The position numbers and the translations under genes are program-made. This document shows, piece after piece, positions 20,397 through 30,616 of a DNA stretch of 64,000 nt. The stretch's first letter is position 1; every line of letters begins with the position of its first letter. The notes below the pieces were generated by a model. It was not told where the DNA came from, did no database searches, and saw only the letters and a program-made list of their open reading frames with translations. The DNA comes from Alphaproteobacteria bacterium (GTDB lineage: Bacteria; Pseudomonadota; Alphaproteobacteria; MPNO01; UBA830), in NCBI GenBank assembly GCA_964291215.2, contig OZ219790.1, positions 1,760,001 to 1,824,000 of the forward strand. The letters are read 5' to 3'.

Positions 20397-21513
20397 TATG
20401 TCCTCCCCCGGGGAATTTGATCAGCACATGATCGGCGAAGGTTCCGGCGCGGCGCTTAGCCTTTGTCGAGCGCACGTTGATAACCCCTTCACTTTCAAGC
20501 TGATTCAGTATTTCGCGATAGTTCTTGTCAATATAAGGCGTATCAACGCTGTGTGTTTCATAGATCTGAGTGAAATTCACCTCCCGCCCTGCAAAGGTAG
20601 CGAGGAGACTATCCTTGAGTTTACTGAGGGGCTGGGCCAACGAGAACAGCAACGGCATCGACGCATCTGCTGGCGAATATGTGAGAGACGGAACACCTTC
20701 ATCATGGGTGGAGCTTTCTCCAGCCATGATACTTTTCATTATGGAATATCCACGGAAGTGCTTCGAAACGAAAATCAGCTTATGCGATGTCCGAGTTCCT
20801 GCTGCATTCTTGAAAGTGAACGGAAGGACGTACGTACCGCCAAGCCGCTTTATTTCGTTCGCTAGCTCCTCAAGGATCGCCGCCTCGCGCAGCTCAGGAC
20901 TCAGCCTTGGCAGCCGCTCGCGTAGCGCTTCGGCCCGCTCCTTGCCGAAGAGGTCGTCCATATGCTGGGCGACGAACTGATTGCCGATACCCGCATTGAT
21001 GCGATTGTAGTTGAAAAAGAAAACACAGTCACAGCCCCAGTCCTTGATCACCCCCTTGATGATGTTCAAAGAAAGCCCCTTGTACCCGAAGGGATCGATG
21101 AACGAGAAAGAGGGGATGAGTTTCGTCTCGTTGAAATATCGTGCGGCTTCATCGTCAACCTCGCCGCAGGTGACGATCGGCTTGTATTTCCGTCTATCGA
21201 TACCCGACAGCTTGTTTATCTCTTCTTGGAGGGTCGCGGTATTCTCGTTCCTTGCATCGTTAAAGTAGGAGACAAGCATCTGCGCCATGCGAGAGTCGTC
21301 GAGCGCAGTCTGAAGGACGAGAAGAGGTGTAGAAGCGGCGCCATCCTTGTAACGACCCGGCCCCGCATAAAGGTTGATATAGGCGATTTTGCCGCCATGC
21401 TTGGCGGCGGTCGGCATTATCACTCGCGCCCAAGCGAAGAAATATTTCGTGACAATTCGCGCCTTTACCTCGGACTGGTCCGAGCGTTCCTCAAAGAACT
21501 TCTTTGCCTTCAT
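20386..21513 (-). CDS. tcmP: three-Cys-motif partner protein TcmP (SAM-methyltransferase-like fold, C-terminal wHTH)
   Basis: SEVKARIVTKYF, YINLYAGPG, STPL, FSFIDPFG, GYSIMK; overlaps the DUF5131 start. Confidence 0.82.
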   Translation of the reverse strand: MKAKKFFEERSDQSEVKARIVTKYFFAWARVIMPTAAKHGGKIAYINLYAGPGRYKDGAASTPLLVLQTALDDSRMAQMLVSYFNDARNENTATLQEEINKLSGIDRRKYKPIVTCGEVDDEAARYFNETKLIPSFSFIDPFGYKGLSLNIIKGVIKDWGCDCVFFFNYNRINAGIGNQFVAQHMDDLFGKERAEALRERLPRLSPELREAAILEELANEIKRLGGTYVLPFTFKNAAGTRTSHKLIFVSKHFRGYSIMKSIMAGESSTHDEGVPSLTYSPADASMPLLFSLAQPLSKLKDSLLATFAGREVNFTQIYETHSVDTPYIDKNYREILNQLESEGVINVRSTKAKRRAGTFADHVLIKFPGGGHIGH

Positions 21514-21671
21514 CTGCGACCAACCTCCCTCTGCTGTCCTGTATGCGGTCAAGATAGAATGGAACAAAAAGCGAACAATCTCAACATCTGAACGCGGAGA
21601 ACGCGCAGGAGTGCAGAATCACAGGCCGCGTGAGGCATCCTCCATGTGATCTTGCGAACCAGTATGACGCC

Positions 21672-22592
21672 TCACCTCCACGGACCGCCCGCGTTCCATG
21701 TCCCATCGAAGGGCTTACCAGCCACAAGAGCATGGACGGGCGGTAGAACGAACGCGGCCACCGTGGCCTGCAACTCGGCAAAGGGACCAGGGGCCATGGC
21801 GATCGCGGTCCGGCGCAGGAACCCCTGCCACTGCGCCTGTTTCGCGGCGTCATCGGCAAAGGCCGGCGTCAGGGCGATAGGCGTATCCGTGGGGATGTCC
21901 GTGCGGCGGCGATCGAAGGTCACGGCGATAGCTTGCGCGAGGATCGGTCCGCTGAAGGAAAGCGTCTCCGAGATCGCCCAGAGGTCGAAGAAATCCTTCA
22001 TACGGCTGTTGAGCATGCCGAGTGCGACCAGCGCCTGGAACTTCTCGGCCACGACCGTCTCGGGCGGATAGGCACGTAGCCGGGGCGCGGGCATGTCGAG
22101 CAGCGAGGGATAGTCGATTTCCTGCACGGCCGGAGTCACAGCATCGCCAAATCCGATGTCGATCTGAATGGGCAGGCGCGCGCCGGCGATCTCGGCGGTC
22201 ATGGTGATCCGGACGCCGCTATATTCGTCTTCAGCCCGAGCCGGCTCGGCCCGCAGGGTATCCGGCTTGAAGACCACGCCATCGTCCTCGACGTCGATCC
22301 CGCAAATTTCGCGGAAGACCGCAGCGATCCGCTCCGGCGCCGCGTCGCCGTACCCTAGAAGATCGAGATCGCCGGTGGCCCGATAAGGCGTGGGCGTCCA
22401 GAGGCTGAACAGCATGGCGCCCTTCAGCACGAATTGATCTTTGTGGGGCGACAGACTCAGCCGGTAGAGAAGCCGCTCGATGGCGAAGCGGGTAAGCGCA
22501 AGCTGGACGTTCTCCTTGCGCTCGCTTGCGCGCCGGGTGAGTCGAGCCCGGACCGAGGCGCCGACATTCTTCAGGGGCGGTTTCGGGGTCAT
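21672..22592 (-). CDS. AbiEii-family nucleotidyltransferase toxin (type IV TA)
   Basis: ERLLYRLS, FVLKGAML, RATGDLD, QIDIGFGD, ETVVAEK, NSRMKDFFDL. Confidence 0.9.
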   Translation of the reverse strand: MTPKPPLKNVGASVRARLTRRASERKENVQLALTRFAIERLLYRLSLSPHKDQFVLKGAMLFSLWTPTPYRATGDLDLLGYGDAAPERIAAVFREICGIDVEDDGVVFKPDTLRAEPARAEDEYSGVRITMTAEIAGARLPIQIDIGFGDAVTPAVQEIDYPSLLDMPAPRLRAYPPETVVAEKFQALVALGMLNSRMKDFFDLWAISETLSFSGPILAQAIAVTFDRRRTDIPTDTPIALTPAFADDAAKQAQWQGFLRRTAIAMAPGPFAELQATVAAFVLPPVHALVAGKPFDGTWNAGGPWR

Positions 22593-23203
22593 ACCGTGGC
22601 CTCGATATAGGGCCGCATGACGTTCTGCACGCGGTCGATGGCGGCGAACCGCCAGAGGTCGTCGACCGTGGCGCGGCGGCTTCGGAGACAGTCTCTCAGC
22701 GCCTCGATGGCGACATCGAGACCGACTTGGCTGCGGTATTTGAAACAATCAGCGACCGTCTTGGCCGGATTGGTGATAGGCACTTCCACCTGCTCGATTG
22801 TGTGCCGCTCCACCCCGGCGGTCAGGGCGTCGCCGGTGGCGCGGATGATGCGCAGGGACACTGGAGGATTCTTGGGCGCCCACTTTTTGTGACCGATCAG
22901 CATCCAGACCTGATGCGGCAGTTGGGTGGTGAGTTCGTGGAATCTGAGCGCGGAGAGCAGGCAGATAACACCGTGGGGCACGGCCCGAGCGGCTTCGGCA
23001 AGGCTGTGGGACTCGGACCATTCCGCATCGGCAAGCTGATAGAGGCCGCGCCCCATACGCACCAGAAGCCCTTCGTCCTGCAGCCTCCGCAGGTAGGTGC
23101 GCGGAATGCCCGCCGCATCGAAATCGCGCGCGCGCACGATACCGCGCTCCCTGGCGACGGTGATCGCACGATCCTTCAGCGTTCCTTGAGCCGTTCCTGC
23201 CAT
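22589..23203 (-). CDS. AbiEi-family antitoxin
   Basis: wHTH LVRMGRGLY, GVICLLSALRFHELTTQ, PAKTVADCFKYR; 4-bp overlap with the toxin gene. Confidence 0.9.
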   Translation of the reverse strand: MAGTAQGTLKDRAITVARERGIVRARDFDAAGIPRTYLRRLQDEGLLVRMGRGLYQLADAEWSESHSLAEAARAVPHGVICLLSALRFHELTTQLPHQVWMLIGHKKWAPKNPPVSLRIIRATGDALTAGVERHTIEQVEVPITNPAKTVADCFKYRSQVGLDVAIEALRDCLRSRRATVDDLWRFAAIDRVQNVMRPYIEATV

Positions 23204-23213
23204 GTTCCATATG

Positions 23214-23239
23214 CTCGGCAATAGTACACAAATGCCGAG
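23214..23239. promoter_or_regulatory. inverted repeat upstream of abiEi (probable operator)
   Basis: CTCGGCA-N12-TGCCGAG; AbiEi proteins autorepress through promoter inverted repeats. Confidence 0.45.
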
Positions 23240-23312
23240 ACTTTGTATCGCGTCCCCTGACCCCCTGCAACCGGAACTAAACAACTTGACCACGAGTATG
23301 GCGCTCATGCTG

Positions 23313-23630
23313 CTACTGTTCCCGCCGCCTGTTCCAGACGAGCTGCGCCCGATCACCCTCCTCGGAGGGGAACAGGGCCGCGGTGAAGGGCTCGGGAAGG
23401 CTCGGATCGTCGAGACGGACGCGGAGATAGTATTTCGGGTTGTCGCCATTCGTCCGGGCATCCCAGGCGTCACCGATGCGGGCGTTGCCGACGAGGACGC
23501 GGAATGCCGGGGCGTTGTCATGAGTACGATCATCGTTGGGGACGAGCCGGACCTTGGCGTCGATGGTGAGCGTGCGGATGGAGCCGACCCAGCCACCGTC
23601 ATTGGACAAAGAGAAGGCGCCGATTTGCAT
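23313..23630 (-). CDS. DUF736 family protein
   Basis: IGAF, GSIRTLTID, APAFRV, IGDAW, YLRVRLDDPSLPEPFTAALF, LVWNR. Confidence 0.85.
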   Translation of the reverse strand: MQIGAFSLSNDGGWVGSIRTLTIDAKVRLVPNDDRTHDNAPAFRVLVGNARIGDAWDARTNGDNPKYYLRVRLDDPSLPEPFTAALFPSEEGDRAQLVWNRRREQ

Positions 23631-23633
23631 GAG

Positions 23634-23957
23634 TTACTCCTGGAATTGCGATGGGGATGAGACAGCGGGCGACGCCGCTTCGGTATCGCCCGCGCGTGAT
23701 GAGCGGGCGCGGCGGGCCGGTTTGTCGATGTTCGTCTCCGGCAACCCCTCCTTGCGCGCCTTGGCGAAGGCGCGGTCGCTGTCGAGGAAGGCCTCCAGCA
23801 TGAAGGGAATGAGCTCGGCGATGGATTCGGTCTCGCCATAGGTGGCGCGGTAGAGGGTCGCGTAATCCCGGAGTGCCTGGTTGAGGTCAGCACCCACCGT
23901 GATGGTGATCTTCGCCGGCGTGCGGTCGGGCAGTTTTCCGAGTTTCAGATTGGCCAT
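23634..23957 (-). CDS. DUF2274 family protein
   Basis: LKLGKLPDRTPAKITI, LRDYATLY, ELIPFMLEAFLDSDRAF; usual position after trbI. Confidence 0.85.
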   Translation of the reverse strand: MANLKLGKLPDRTPAKITITVGADLNQALRDYATLYRATYGETESIAELIPFMLEAFLDSDRAFAKARKEGLPETNIDKPARRARSSRAGDTEAASPAVSSPSQFQE

Positions 23958-23968
23958 GATCGATCCTT

Positions 23969-25210
23969 TCAGCCTTGGTAAGGGCGCAATACGAGATCCC
24001 TGTGGACGATGACCCTGAGCGGCCAGCCGGGACGGACGGTGATGGTCGGCTGGATATCGAGGTTCTTCTCGGTGATGCGCTGGCCGGCCCGATTGACGTT
24101 CTGCTGGGTGGATTCACGGATCGCCCGGACCAGGCCTGCCCCGGACCCCGATCCGGGGTCGCTCTCGTCGCTGCCCAGAGTCAGTTCCGTGCCGACGCCA
24201 AGCAAGGTGGCGAGCGCGATGCCCTTGATGAGCCGCCAGGTGTGGTAGTCGACCTCGTCCTCGAGCCCGGCATGGCCGGCGGTGTCGGTGGCGGGCAGAT
24301 TGTCGATCTCGATGGAGGAGCCGTCGGGCAGAACGATGCGCTGCCAGACAAGCAGCGCACGGGACTGGCCGAAGGCAACGACACTGTCATAGGTGCCAAT
24401 GAGGCGCGTGCCCTGCGGGATGAGCAGCGTGCGGCCGCTCACCGTGTCATAGACGTTCTCGGTGACCTGGGCGGCGACGAGACCCGGCAGGTCGGAATTG
24501 ATCCCGATGATCAGGCTCGCGGCAATCACACTGCCGGCCATCACCTGATAAGGCGAGATCGGCGTTTGCAGCATATGGGGATTGTAGATGCCGCCGGTGT
24601 CACGCTGGCTCACGAAGTCCAGTTTGCGCTGCCGGTTGTTCTGGTCACGCTTGGGGTCGAGCGTCAGGCGGTTGGCGTCGGGTGAGACGGTTGCTGCTGC
24701 CGTTTGCGGAGGCTAACTCGTTAATGCCGGAGCGCTCTGCTGGGGCCGGTTCTCGATACGGAAGAAAACGCCGGCCTCCTTCGCCTGGATAGCCTGCTGG
24801 GCGAGGCGCTGCTCCTCGGCGGACAATTCCGGCGCTCCCGGCGCAATCCCAAGCTGGCGTTGGCGTTCGAGGATCGGTCGGCCGAGATCACCGGGCAGCG
24901 GCGGCCCCAATTCAGGTGTCTGGGGACGGACCTGCGAATAATCACCGGGCAGCGCGGCAAGGCCGTCCGGGGTCGGCTTGCGTTCGGTGTTATAGAGCTC
25001 CTCGGTCTGGTCCTGGATACGCAGGGCCGGGCCTTGCAGCGCCATCATGGTCACGCCGAGGATGGCGCCGGAGCCGAGCACGGCCACGCCGATGACAAGG
25101 CCGCGCCTGAAGCGCACGACGCGACGGGGCGCGGCGCGCAGGTCCAGCTTGCCCGGATCGCGCTTGGACGAACCGGCGGGTTGCGGCGGGGGTGCGGCGG
25201 TATCCGTCAT
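23969..25210 (-). pseudogene. trbI: TrbI/VirB10 with internal in-frame TAG
   Basis: LGPPLPGDLG; stop at 24715-24713 is in frame with AGSVIAASL..GINSDLPG, LLIPQG, IQPTITVRPG. Confidence 0.85.
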
Positions 25211-26191
25211 GGCCCCTCTCCCTACCGGTCCGCGCGCGGAACCAGCGCGGTGCGCCGCGGCGTCCCGTCGGTCCGGGAAATCCGAACCACCTGCGGCGGC
25301 GAAGAGACGATCTACGATGTAGTAGTTGCCGCGCACGCGGTAGTTAACGAGCTGGTTGCCGCCGTCGGCGCCCACCACGAAGAGCGGCGGCGCCTCGCCC
25401 TGGTCTATACGGCGGGGGAACTCGATATAGACCTTGTGGCCGTCGTCGAAGGCGCGCAGCGGCTTCCAGGGCGGGTTGTCGCCGGTGATGGCGTAACGGA
25501 AGCGGATGTTCTCCAACGCGACATTCGAGGCGACCGGCAGCGCCGCTTGTGCCGCGTTCTGTCGGCGCAGGGCGACAAGCTGATCGGAAGGATAGGTCCA
25601 GGAAATCGCCGCCATGGCGGTATTCTCGGTGCTTTCGAGCTGCAGGTGATAGGCGCGCCGATCGGTGGTGATGACGAGATTGGTCTTGAGCCCCGGCGCG
25701 AAGGGCTTGACCAGCACGTGGGTGCGCTCGCTGTCGCCCGTGCCGCTCACCGTATCGCCGATGACCCAGCGCACGGTGTCGCCGGCGGACACCGAGGTCA
25801 GCTTTTCGCCGGGCTGCAGGGCGATGTCGCTCACCCGCTCGGGCGCTGCATAGAGCTGGTGGAGCGCCCTTTCCGTATAGGGATAGACCTGGATGGCGTT
25901 GACATAGCCGTACTTCGTCGGCTCCTGCGTCGCCGCCTTATTGGCGTCCTCGACCCGCTCGGTCGGCGGGCGTTTGTCCTCGGTCCCCTCGCCGGGTTCC
26001 GGCTGAAGCTGGCCCGGCAATGGCAGAACCTTCGGCACCTCGACGATCTTCACCGGCCTGGCCGGTTCCTTGTCGATGATGGCCGGCTTGAAATTGTCGG
26101 CGTCGTAGCTGATCGCAGGCGGCAAAGGCTTTGTGGCGCAGGCGGACAAGGCCAGCGCCGACACGGTGATGACAAACATATTCTTCTTCAT
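25207..26191 (-). pseudogene. trbG: TrbG/VirB9 with C-terminal deletion/frameshift
   Basis: Lipobox LSAC, DIALQPGE, GDTVRW, NLVITTDRRAY, EAPPLFV, LVNYRV; after DRLFAAA the VVRISRTD tail is out of frame. Confidence 0.82.
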
Positions 26192-26193
26192 TG

Positions 26194-27699
26194 GTATCTA
26201 CTCACCCCTTGTTGGGTTCTGATTGGCCATAGTGCTCGTTGATGATGTCTGCGGCTTTTCCGTCGAGGGCGATCTGGGTGGCAACGAGTGGGTTGTAGCC
26301 GAGTGCGGCCATGGAGGTGAGGTAGCTTGAGCCCCGGCACCATGCTTTTGCGTGGAGCGGAAGCATCCGGACACCTTGACCTTTGCCATCCTGATCTTCT
26401 GTTCTCCGGCATTGTTGGTGAAGCTGACGTCGGGGTCGTCTGTGAAGCGCAGGTTTTCGTGTTTCACGAGACGTTCGTGCAGGTTGTGCGCGTCGGACTT
26501 GCGTCCACGTTTTCCTTTCGTCGGGATGTCGGGCAGTTCCCTGGCGCCCTGATGGTGCGGTAGCGCTTGCGCCCGGCGTCGTTCAGGGTCTTGGATGCGC
26601 TCTTGTTGACCTTGTGGCAGGGAGCAGGCTCTTCATAAGTCGCGCGGTAGCCTCGACGACAAAGGTCAGTTCGCGCAGCAGGTGGCTACCGCACAGCTGG
26701 TGGCTACACTGGCCCATGTACGAGGCCCAGGACGCCCTTGTAGCACGGGCCGATCTCTTGCCCGCGCTTGCGGTGCGGGAACTTGCACGTCAGGGTCCCA
26801 CGACATGAAGCCACTTGCTGTTGATCCGGTCTCGTCGACATCGGGCGTTGCAGGAGGTGCGCCACGGCGGCCTCCTCCCATGACACGAGCGCATCGTGAA
26901 AGCATAGCCGAGGCCTCGGAGAGCTTGATGCCGGAGATCGCCTGCACGAGCGCGACGGCGCAGGGACAGCATCTGGGCAACCAGCAGGTTGATGACGAGG
27001 GCCTGGATGCCGATGCCGTACTGCACGGGATGTTGTCGGGAAACCGGCCCCGGGCCTTGCACTTCGGGCATTCCTCGGCGCGGCGCTCGACGACCTCGAA
27101 CACGATGTCGTGCGGCGCTCCCGATCGACGGGGCCGTCAGCGCCGCAGGCGTCGCAGGCCGCGACCGTCTCCTCGACGATGGTCTTGCGCAGGTTGTCGC
27201 CCATCTGCCGGTTCGGCTTCGGGCCCTTGCTCCCGGCACGCTCTTGTCCGTCTGTGACGGCAGCAGACCGGAGTTCCGGCTCGTGCGTGGTCTTCTCCAG
27301 AAGGACGACGATGATGATGTCGAGCAGGATGACGAGGACGCGGATCACGACCTCTTCCGCCACCTTGCCGGCCGCACGCAGCGCCACGATCCGGGTCTTG
27401 GCCGCTTCGAACTCCTCGCGCAGCGACGCCGCGTTGACCGTCGCCATCACCCGGCCTTGCGCTTCATAAGCGCACCGCCTCCGAGATGCGTTTTCACATA
27501 CAGATCATGCGGAGGCTGGAGCCCCGGAAGCAGCTGGCACAGCCCGCTCGTCGCCTTCGATCCAAAGTAGCCCACTGGCGATCCCCGTCGTTCTCGATGA
27601 CCACCACTAAGCGAATCGGCATGCAATGTCAAATCTCCACGAAAACCCGTTCGTTACTCTACCCCGACATCAAGCCGGAACCAGGGGGTGAGCAGTTAC
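26194..27699 (-). mobile_element. IS66-family element, copy 2 (decayed)
   Basis: Same termini and body as 6991-8507; flanks do not match (no TSD); abuts the trbG start codon. Confidence 0.88.
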
Positions 27700-27950
27700 G
27701 AGGCGGCAAACAAGAGCCTCGTCACACAGCGCATGAAACGCTCCGGCATGCGCTGGCGCATCGTCAGCGGACAATCACCTTCCGCGCCCTGCTCAAATCC
27801 GGCCGCTTCGAGAGCGCGTGGACGGCCATGATCGGTGCAGACGACGCACCAGCCAACGACAACATCAGCCCAAATCACACCCCGGCACTGGCCGCATGAG
27901 ATGAACAAATGGCACTGAGCCTGCAACCGTGCCATACGAGACTCTCACCC
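27700..27950 (+). mobile_element. ISKra4/ISLre2-like transposase C-terminus and end
   Basis: EAANKSLVTQRMKRSGMRW then ITFRALLKSGRFESAW; terminal GAGACTCTCACCC. Confidence 0.55.
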
Positions 27951-29303
27951 GGTTGCGAGCCCGACCCCTTTCAGGATCCTCCGGCCGGAGCGCTCCAGTT
28001 CGATCATCCTGTCGCTGAGTTTGCTGTAGGTGAGTCTCTTATTTCGTTTCAGGATCTTTCCGGCGATCAACACCGTGTCCACATTGCTTCCGTTGGCGTG
28101 GAACACCACGGTTTCCACGGGGTCGTGAACCGGGAACAGGTTGAGCGCCTGGGCGTCGATCATGATGATGTCGGCCTGCTTGCCCGGTTTCAGGGAACCG
28201 ATCCGGCGCTCCAGCCCCATCGCTCTGGCGGACTCCATGGTTGCCCAAGCCAGCGCCTCTCGTGGGGTGATGGAAAGTTTCTCCGGGGGCGCACCGGTCT
28301 CTTCCATGATCGCTTTGTTGTCGCTCTGGCGCTGCGGCTGAAGGGCCATGCGCATGACGGTGAACATGTCGCCGGAAATGTTGGACTCGATATCCACGCC
28401 GAGAGACGGCCGCCCACCGAGCGCGCGAAGACGCCCAATCAATGGCGCTCCGTGGCTCATCTGCAGTTCGACTTCGGGCGTCACCGTTACCGACGCGCCA
28501 GAATCGACGACGATCCCGAGCTCGTCGTCCGACAGGTAGTTGCCATGCACCATGTTGTGGCGCCGGTCGAGCAGATTCATTCCGGCAAGCTTGTTATAGC
28601 CGTCAGGGTTGAGCCGATTCGGAGCTCCCCAGACATGGGTGCTGATGATGATGTCGAGTTCCTTGGCAAGCCGGAAGTCGTGCTCGGTCACGTCCCATGT
28701 CGAGAAATCTACCCCGAGCGCAGCCATTGCCAGGCCGAGCAACCCGTCGTTGGAACTGAACTCCGTCTTTCGCAGGCGTTCGAGTTCGCCTCTCGGATGG
28801 GGAATGTGCGTGAAGGGCAGGCCGCCTTTCAGGGTGTCGGGCTTTGGGGAACCGTGACCGAACAGCGCGCGGATTCCGGCCTCGCGAAGTCCGGCAATCG
28901 CCGCGTCCGTATAGTCCGGTGTTTTGTTGTTGTGGCACCAGTCGAAAATCGCGGTAGCGCCGTTGCTGATTTGGTTGAGCGCGCCGACGAGATTGCCGAG
29001 ATAGGTGTCGTTTACGGTGTAGCGCGGGGCGATCCGCGAATGCATGAGATGAAGGTACCGCGCGATTGGCCATTTGCCGGCGATGCCGCGAATTGCCGTC
29101 TGCCAAGTGTGCAGGTGGGCATTCACGAATCCGGGCAGGACGATCTTGTCCGTCGCGTCGAGGACCCTTGCGCCCGGCGATCGGACCGACTTCCCGATTT
29201 TCTCGATAACCGATCCGTTGACCAGAATGTCGCCCTTGGGCAGATCGCCGGTGCGTCGATCCATCGAGATCACCGTACCGCCCTTGATCAGTATTTTCTG
29301 CAT
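27945..29303 (-). CDS. metal-dependent amidohydrolase (MTA/SAH deaminase-like)
   Basis: PGFVNAHLH, STHV, MVHG, VTPEVE, LGVD, GSLKPGKQAD. Confidence 0.88.
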   Translation of the reverse strand: MQKILIKGGTVISMDRRTGDLPKGDILVNGSVIEKIGKSVRSPGARVLDATDKIVLPGFVNAHLHTWQTAIRGIAGKWPIARYLHLMHSRIAPRYTVNDTYLGNLVGALNQISNGATAIFDWCHNNKTPDYTDAAIAGLREAGIRALFGHGSPKPDTLKGGLPFTHIPHPRGELERLRKTEFSSNDGLLGLAMAALGVDFSTWDVTEHDFRLAKELDIIISTHVWGAPNRLNPDGYNKLAGMNLLDRRHNMVHGNYLSDDELGIVVDSGASVTVTPEVELQMSHGAPLIGRLRALGGRPSLGVDIESNISGDMFTVMRMALQPQRQSDNKAIMEETGAPPEKLSITPREALAWATMESARAMGLERRIGSLKPGKQADIIMIDAQALNLFPVHDPVETVVFHANGSNVDTVLIAGKILKRNKRLTYSKLSDRMIELERSGRRILKGVGLATG

Positions 29304-29492
29304 TACCATGCTCCCGTTTCGCCCGCTGAATCCGAAACGTCCGGACAGGACATCGATCGGCCGGTGCCTGTCGAGTGGTCCGACCATGTTTGGCCGATCA
29401 TCCGTATATCGCTACTATAGATGCAGGTTGTCGTCGGCGCTCGTGTCAGAGCGCTGGCAATCATCGGGTTTCCGAACCGAAAGGACTGCATA

Positions 29493-30566
29493 ATGAAATC
29501 GTTGTTGCACATGTCTGTCGCATTAATTGCCGGCTTCATGCTGCTTGCGTCGTCACCGGCGTCGGCCAAGGTCTACAAGCTGACCGCGGGATCGAGCCAT
29601 CCGCCCATCGTGCCTTGGGTTGCTACCATCAACAACCTGGTGGTGCCCGAATCGGCCAAGCGGGTAGCGGCAGCGGGCAAGGGCGACAGCATCCAGTGGA
29701 CCGAGGCGTATGCCGGGGCGCTCTACAACTTCAAGAACACCCTTGAGGGCGTGCAGAACGGCCTCGCGGACATCGGCTGGGTTGGCACGCTGTGGGAGCC
29801 CGTGAAGATGCCGCTCATGAATGTGACGTTCTATGCGCCGTTTGTAACGGGTGATGTCAAGGCTCTGATCGAGATCGGTCAGGAACTGCACCGGAAGGTT
29901 CCGGCGATGAACGCGGAATGGGACAAGCACAACCAGGTCTTCCTCGGCATTCAGGTCGCGGACACCTACAATGTCGTCAGCAAGTTCCCGCTGAAGTCGG
30001 TGGCCGATCTCAAGGGCAAGAAGCTCTACACCCCGGGTGCGGTCGCGAGCTGGATGAAGGGGACCGGCGCCGTTGGCATCAATGGCGGACTGCCCGTCTA
30101 CTACAACGGCATAAAGACCGGCATCGCCGATGGCGGTATCGTCATCACGACCGGCATGTTCCCGTTCAAGCTGCACGAGGTCGGCAAGTACATCACCGTC
30201 GTTGACATGGGCGGGCCGATCTCGGGGGCGCTGACCATGAACAAGGATACATGGAATTCGCTTCCAGCATACATGCAGGACATCTTCACCAAGCTCGGCG
30301 TCGAATATGCCCGTGTCCAAGGCGGCATTGTGGCCAAGAACGCGGAGAAATTCCTCGGACTGATGGCCAAGCAGGGCGCCGTCGTCAGCACACTGCCGGC
30401 AGCGGAACGACGCAAATGGGCGGAGGCACTGCCGGATATCGCCGGCGACTGGGTGAAGGCCAACAAGGCCAAGGGAATCCCGGCCGGGGAGGTCCTGAAG
30501 GCGTTCATGGACGGCGCGCGCTCGCGTGGCGGGAAACCGCTTCGCGACTGGGGCGCGAATCTCTAG
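29493..30566 (+). CDS. TRAP transporter substrate-binding protein (DctP)
   Basis: Signal peptide, GVQNGLADIG, DLKGKK, GIADG, WNSLP. Confidence 0.85.
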   Translation: MKSLLHMSVALIAGFMLLASSPASAKVYKLTAGSSHPPIVPWVATINNLVVPESAKRVAAAGKGDSIQWTEAYAGALYNFKNTLEGVQNGLADIGWVGTLWEPVKMPLMNVTFYAPFVTGDVKALIEIGQELHRKVPAMNAEWDKHNQVFLGIQVADTYNVVSKFPLKSVADLKGKKLYTPGAVASWMKGTGAVGINGGLPVYYNGIKTGIADGGIVITTGMFPFKLHEVGKYITVVDMGGPISGALTMNKDTWNSLPAYMQDIFTKLGVEYARVQGGIVAKNAEKFLGLMAKQGAVVSTLPAAERRKWAEALPDIAGDWVKANKAKGIPAGEVLKAFMDGARSRGGKPLRDWGANL

Positions 30567-30616
30567 GAGTTCGTCGCAACCCATACTGACCCGTGAGGTT
30601 TCCGGGTCGCTTCCCG

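Noticed and set aside
24713-26191. Genuine TrbG-TrbI fusion protein (492 aa)
   Set aside because: Explained by a short deletion at the trbG 3' end plus a nonsense codon in trbI
27909-29420. 503-aa + strand ORF, and similar long antisense ORFs (24860-26242, 42151-44205, 49655-51085, 53483-55222, 60181-62193)
   Set aside because: Shadows of well-supported genes in high-GC DNA; no recognisable motifs
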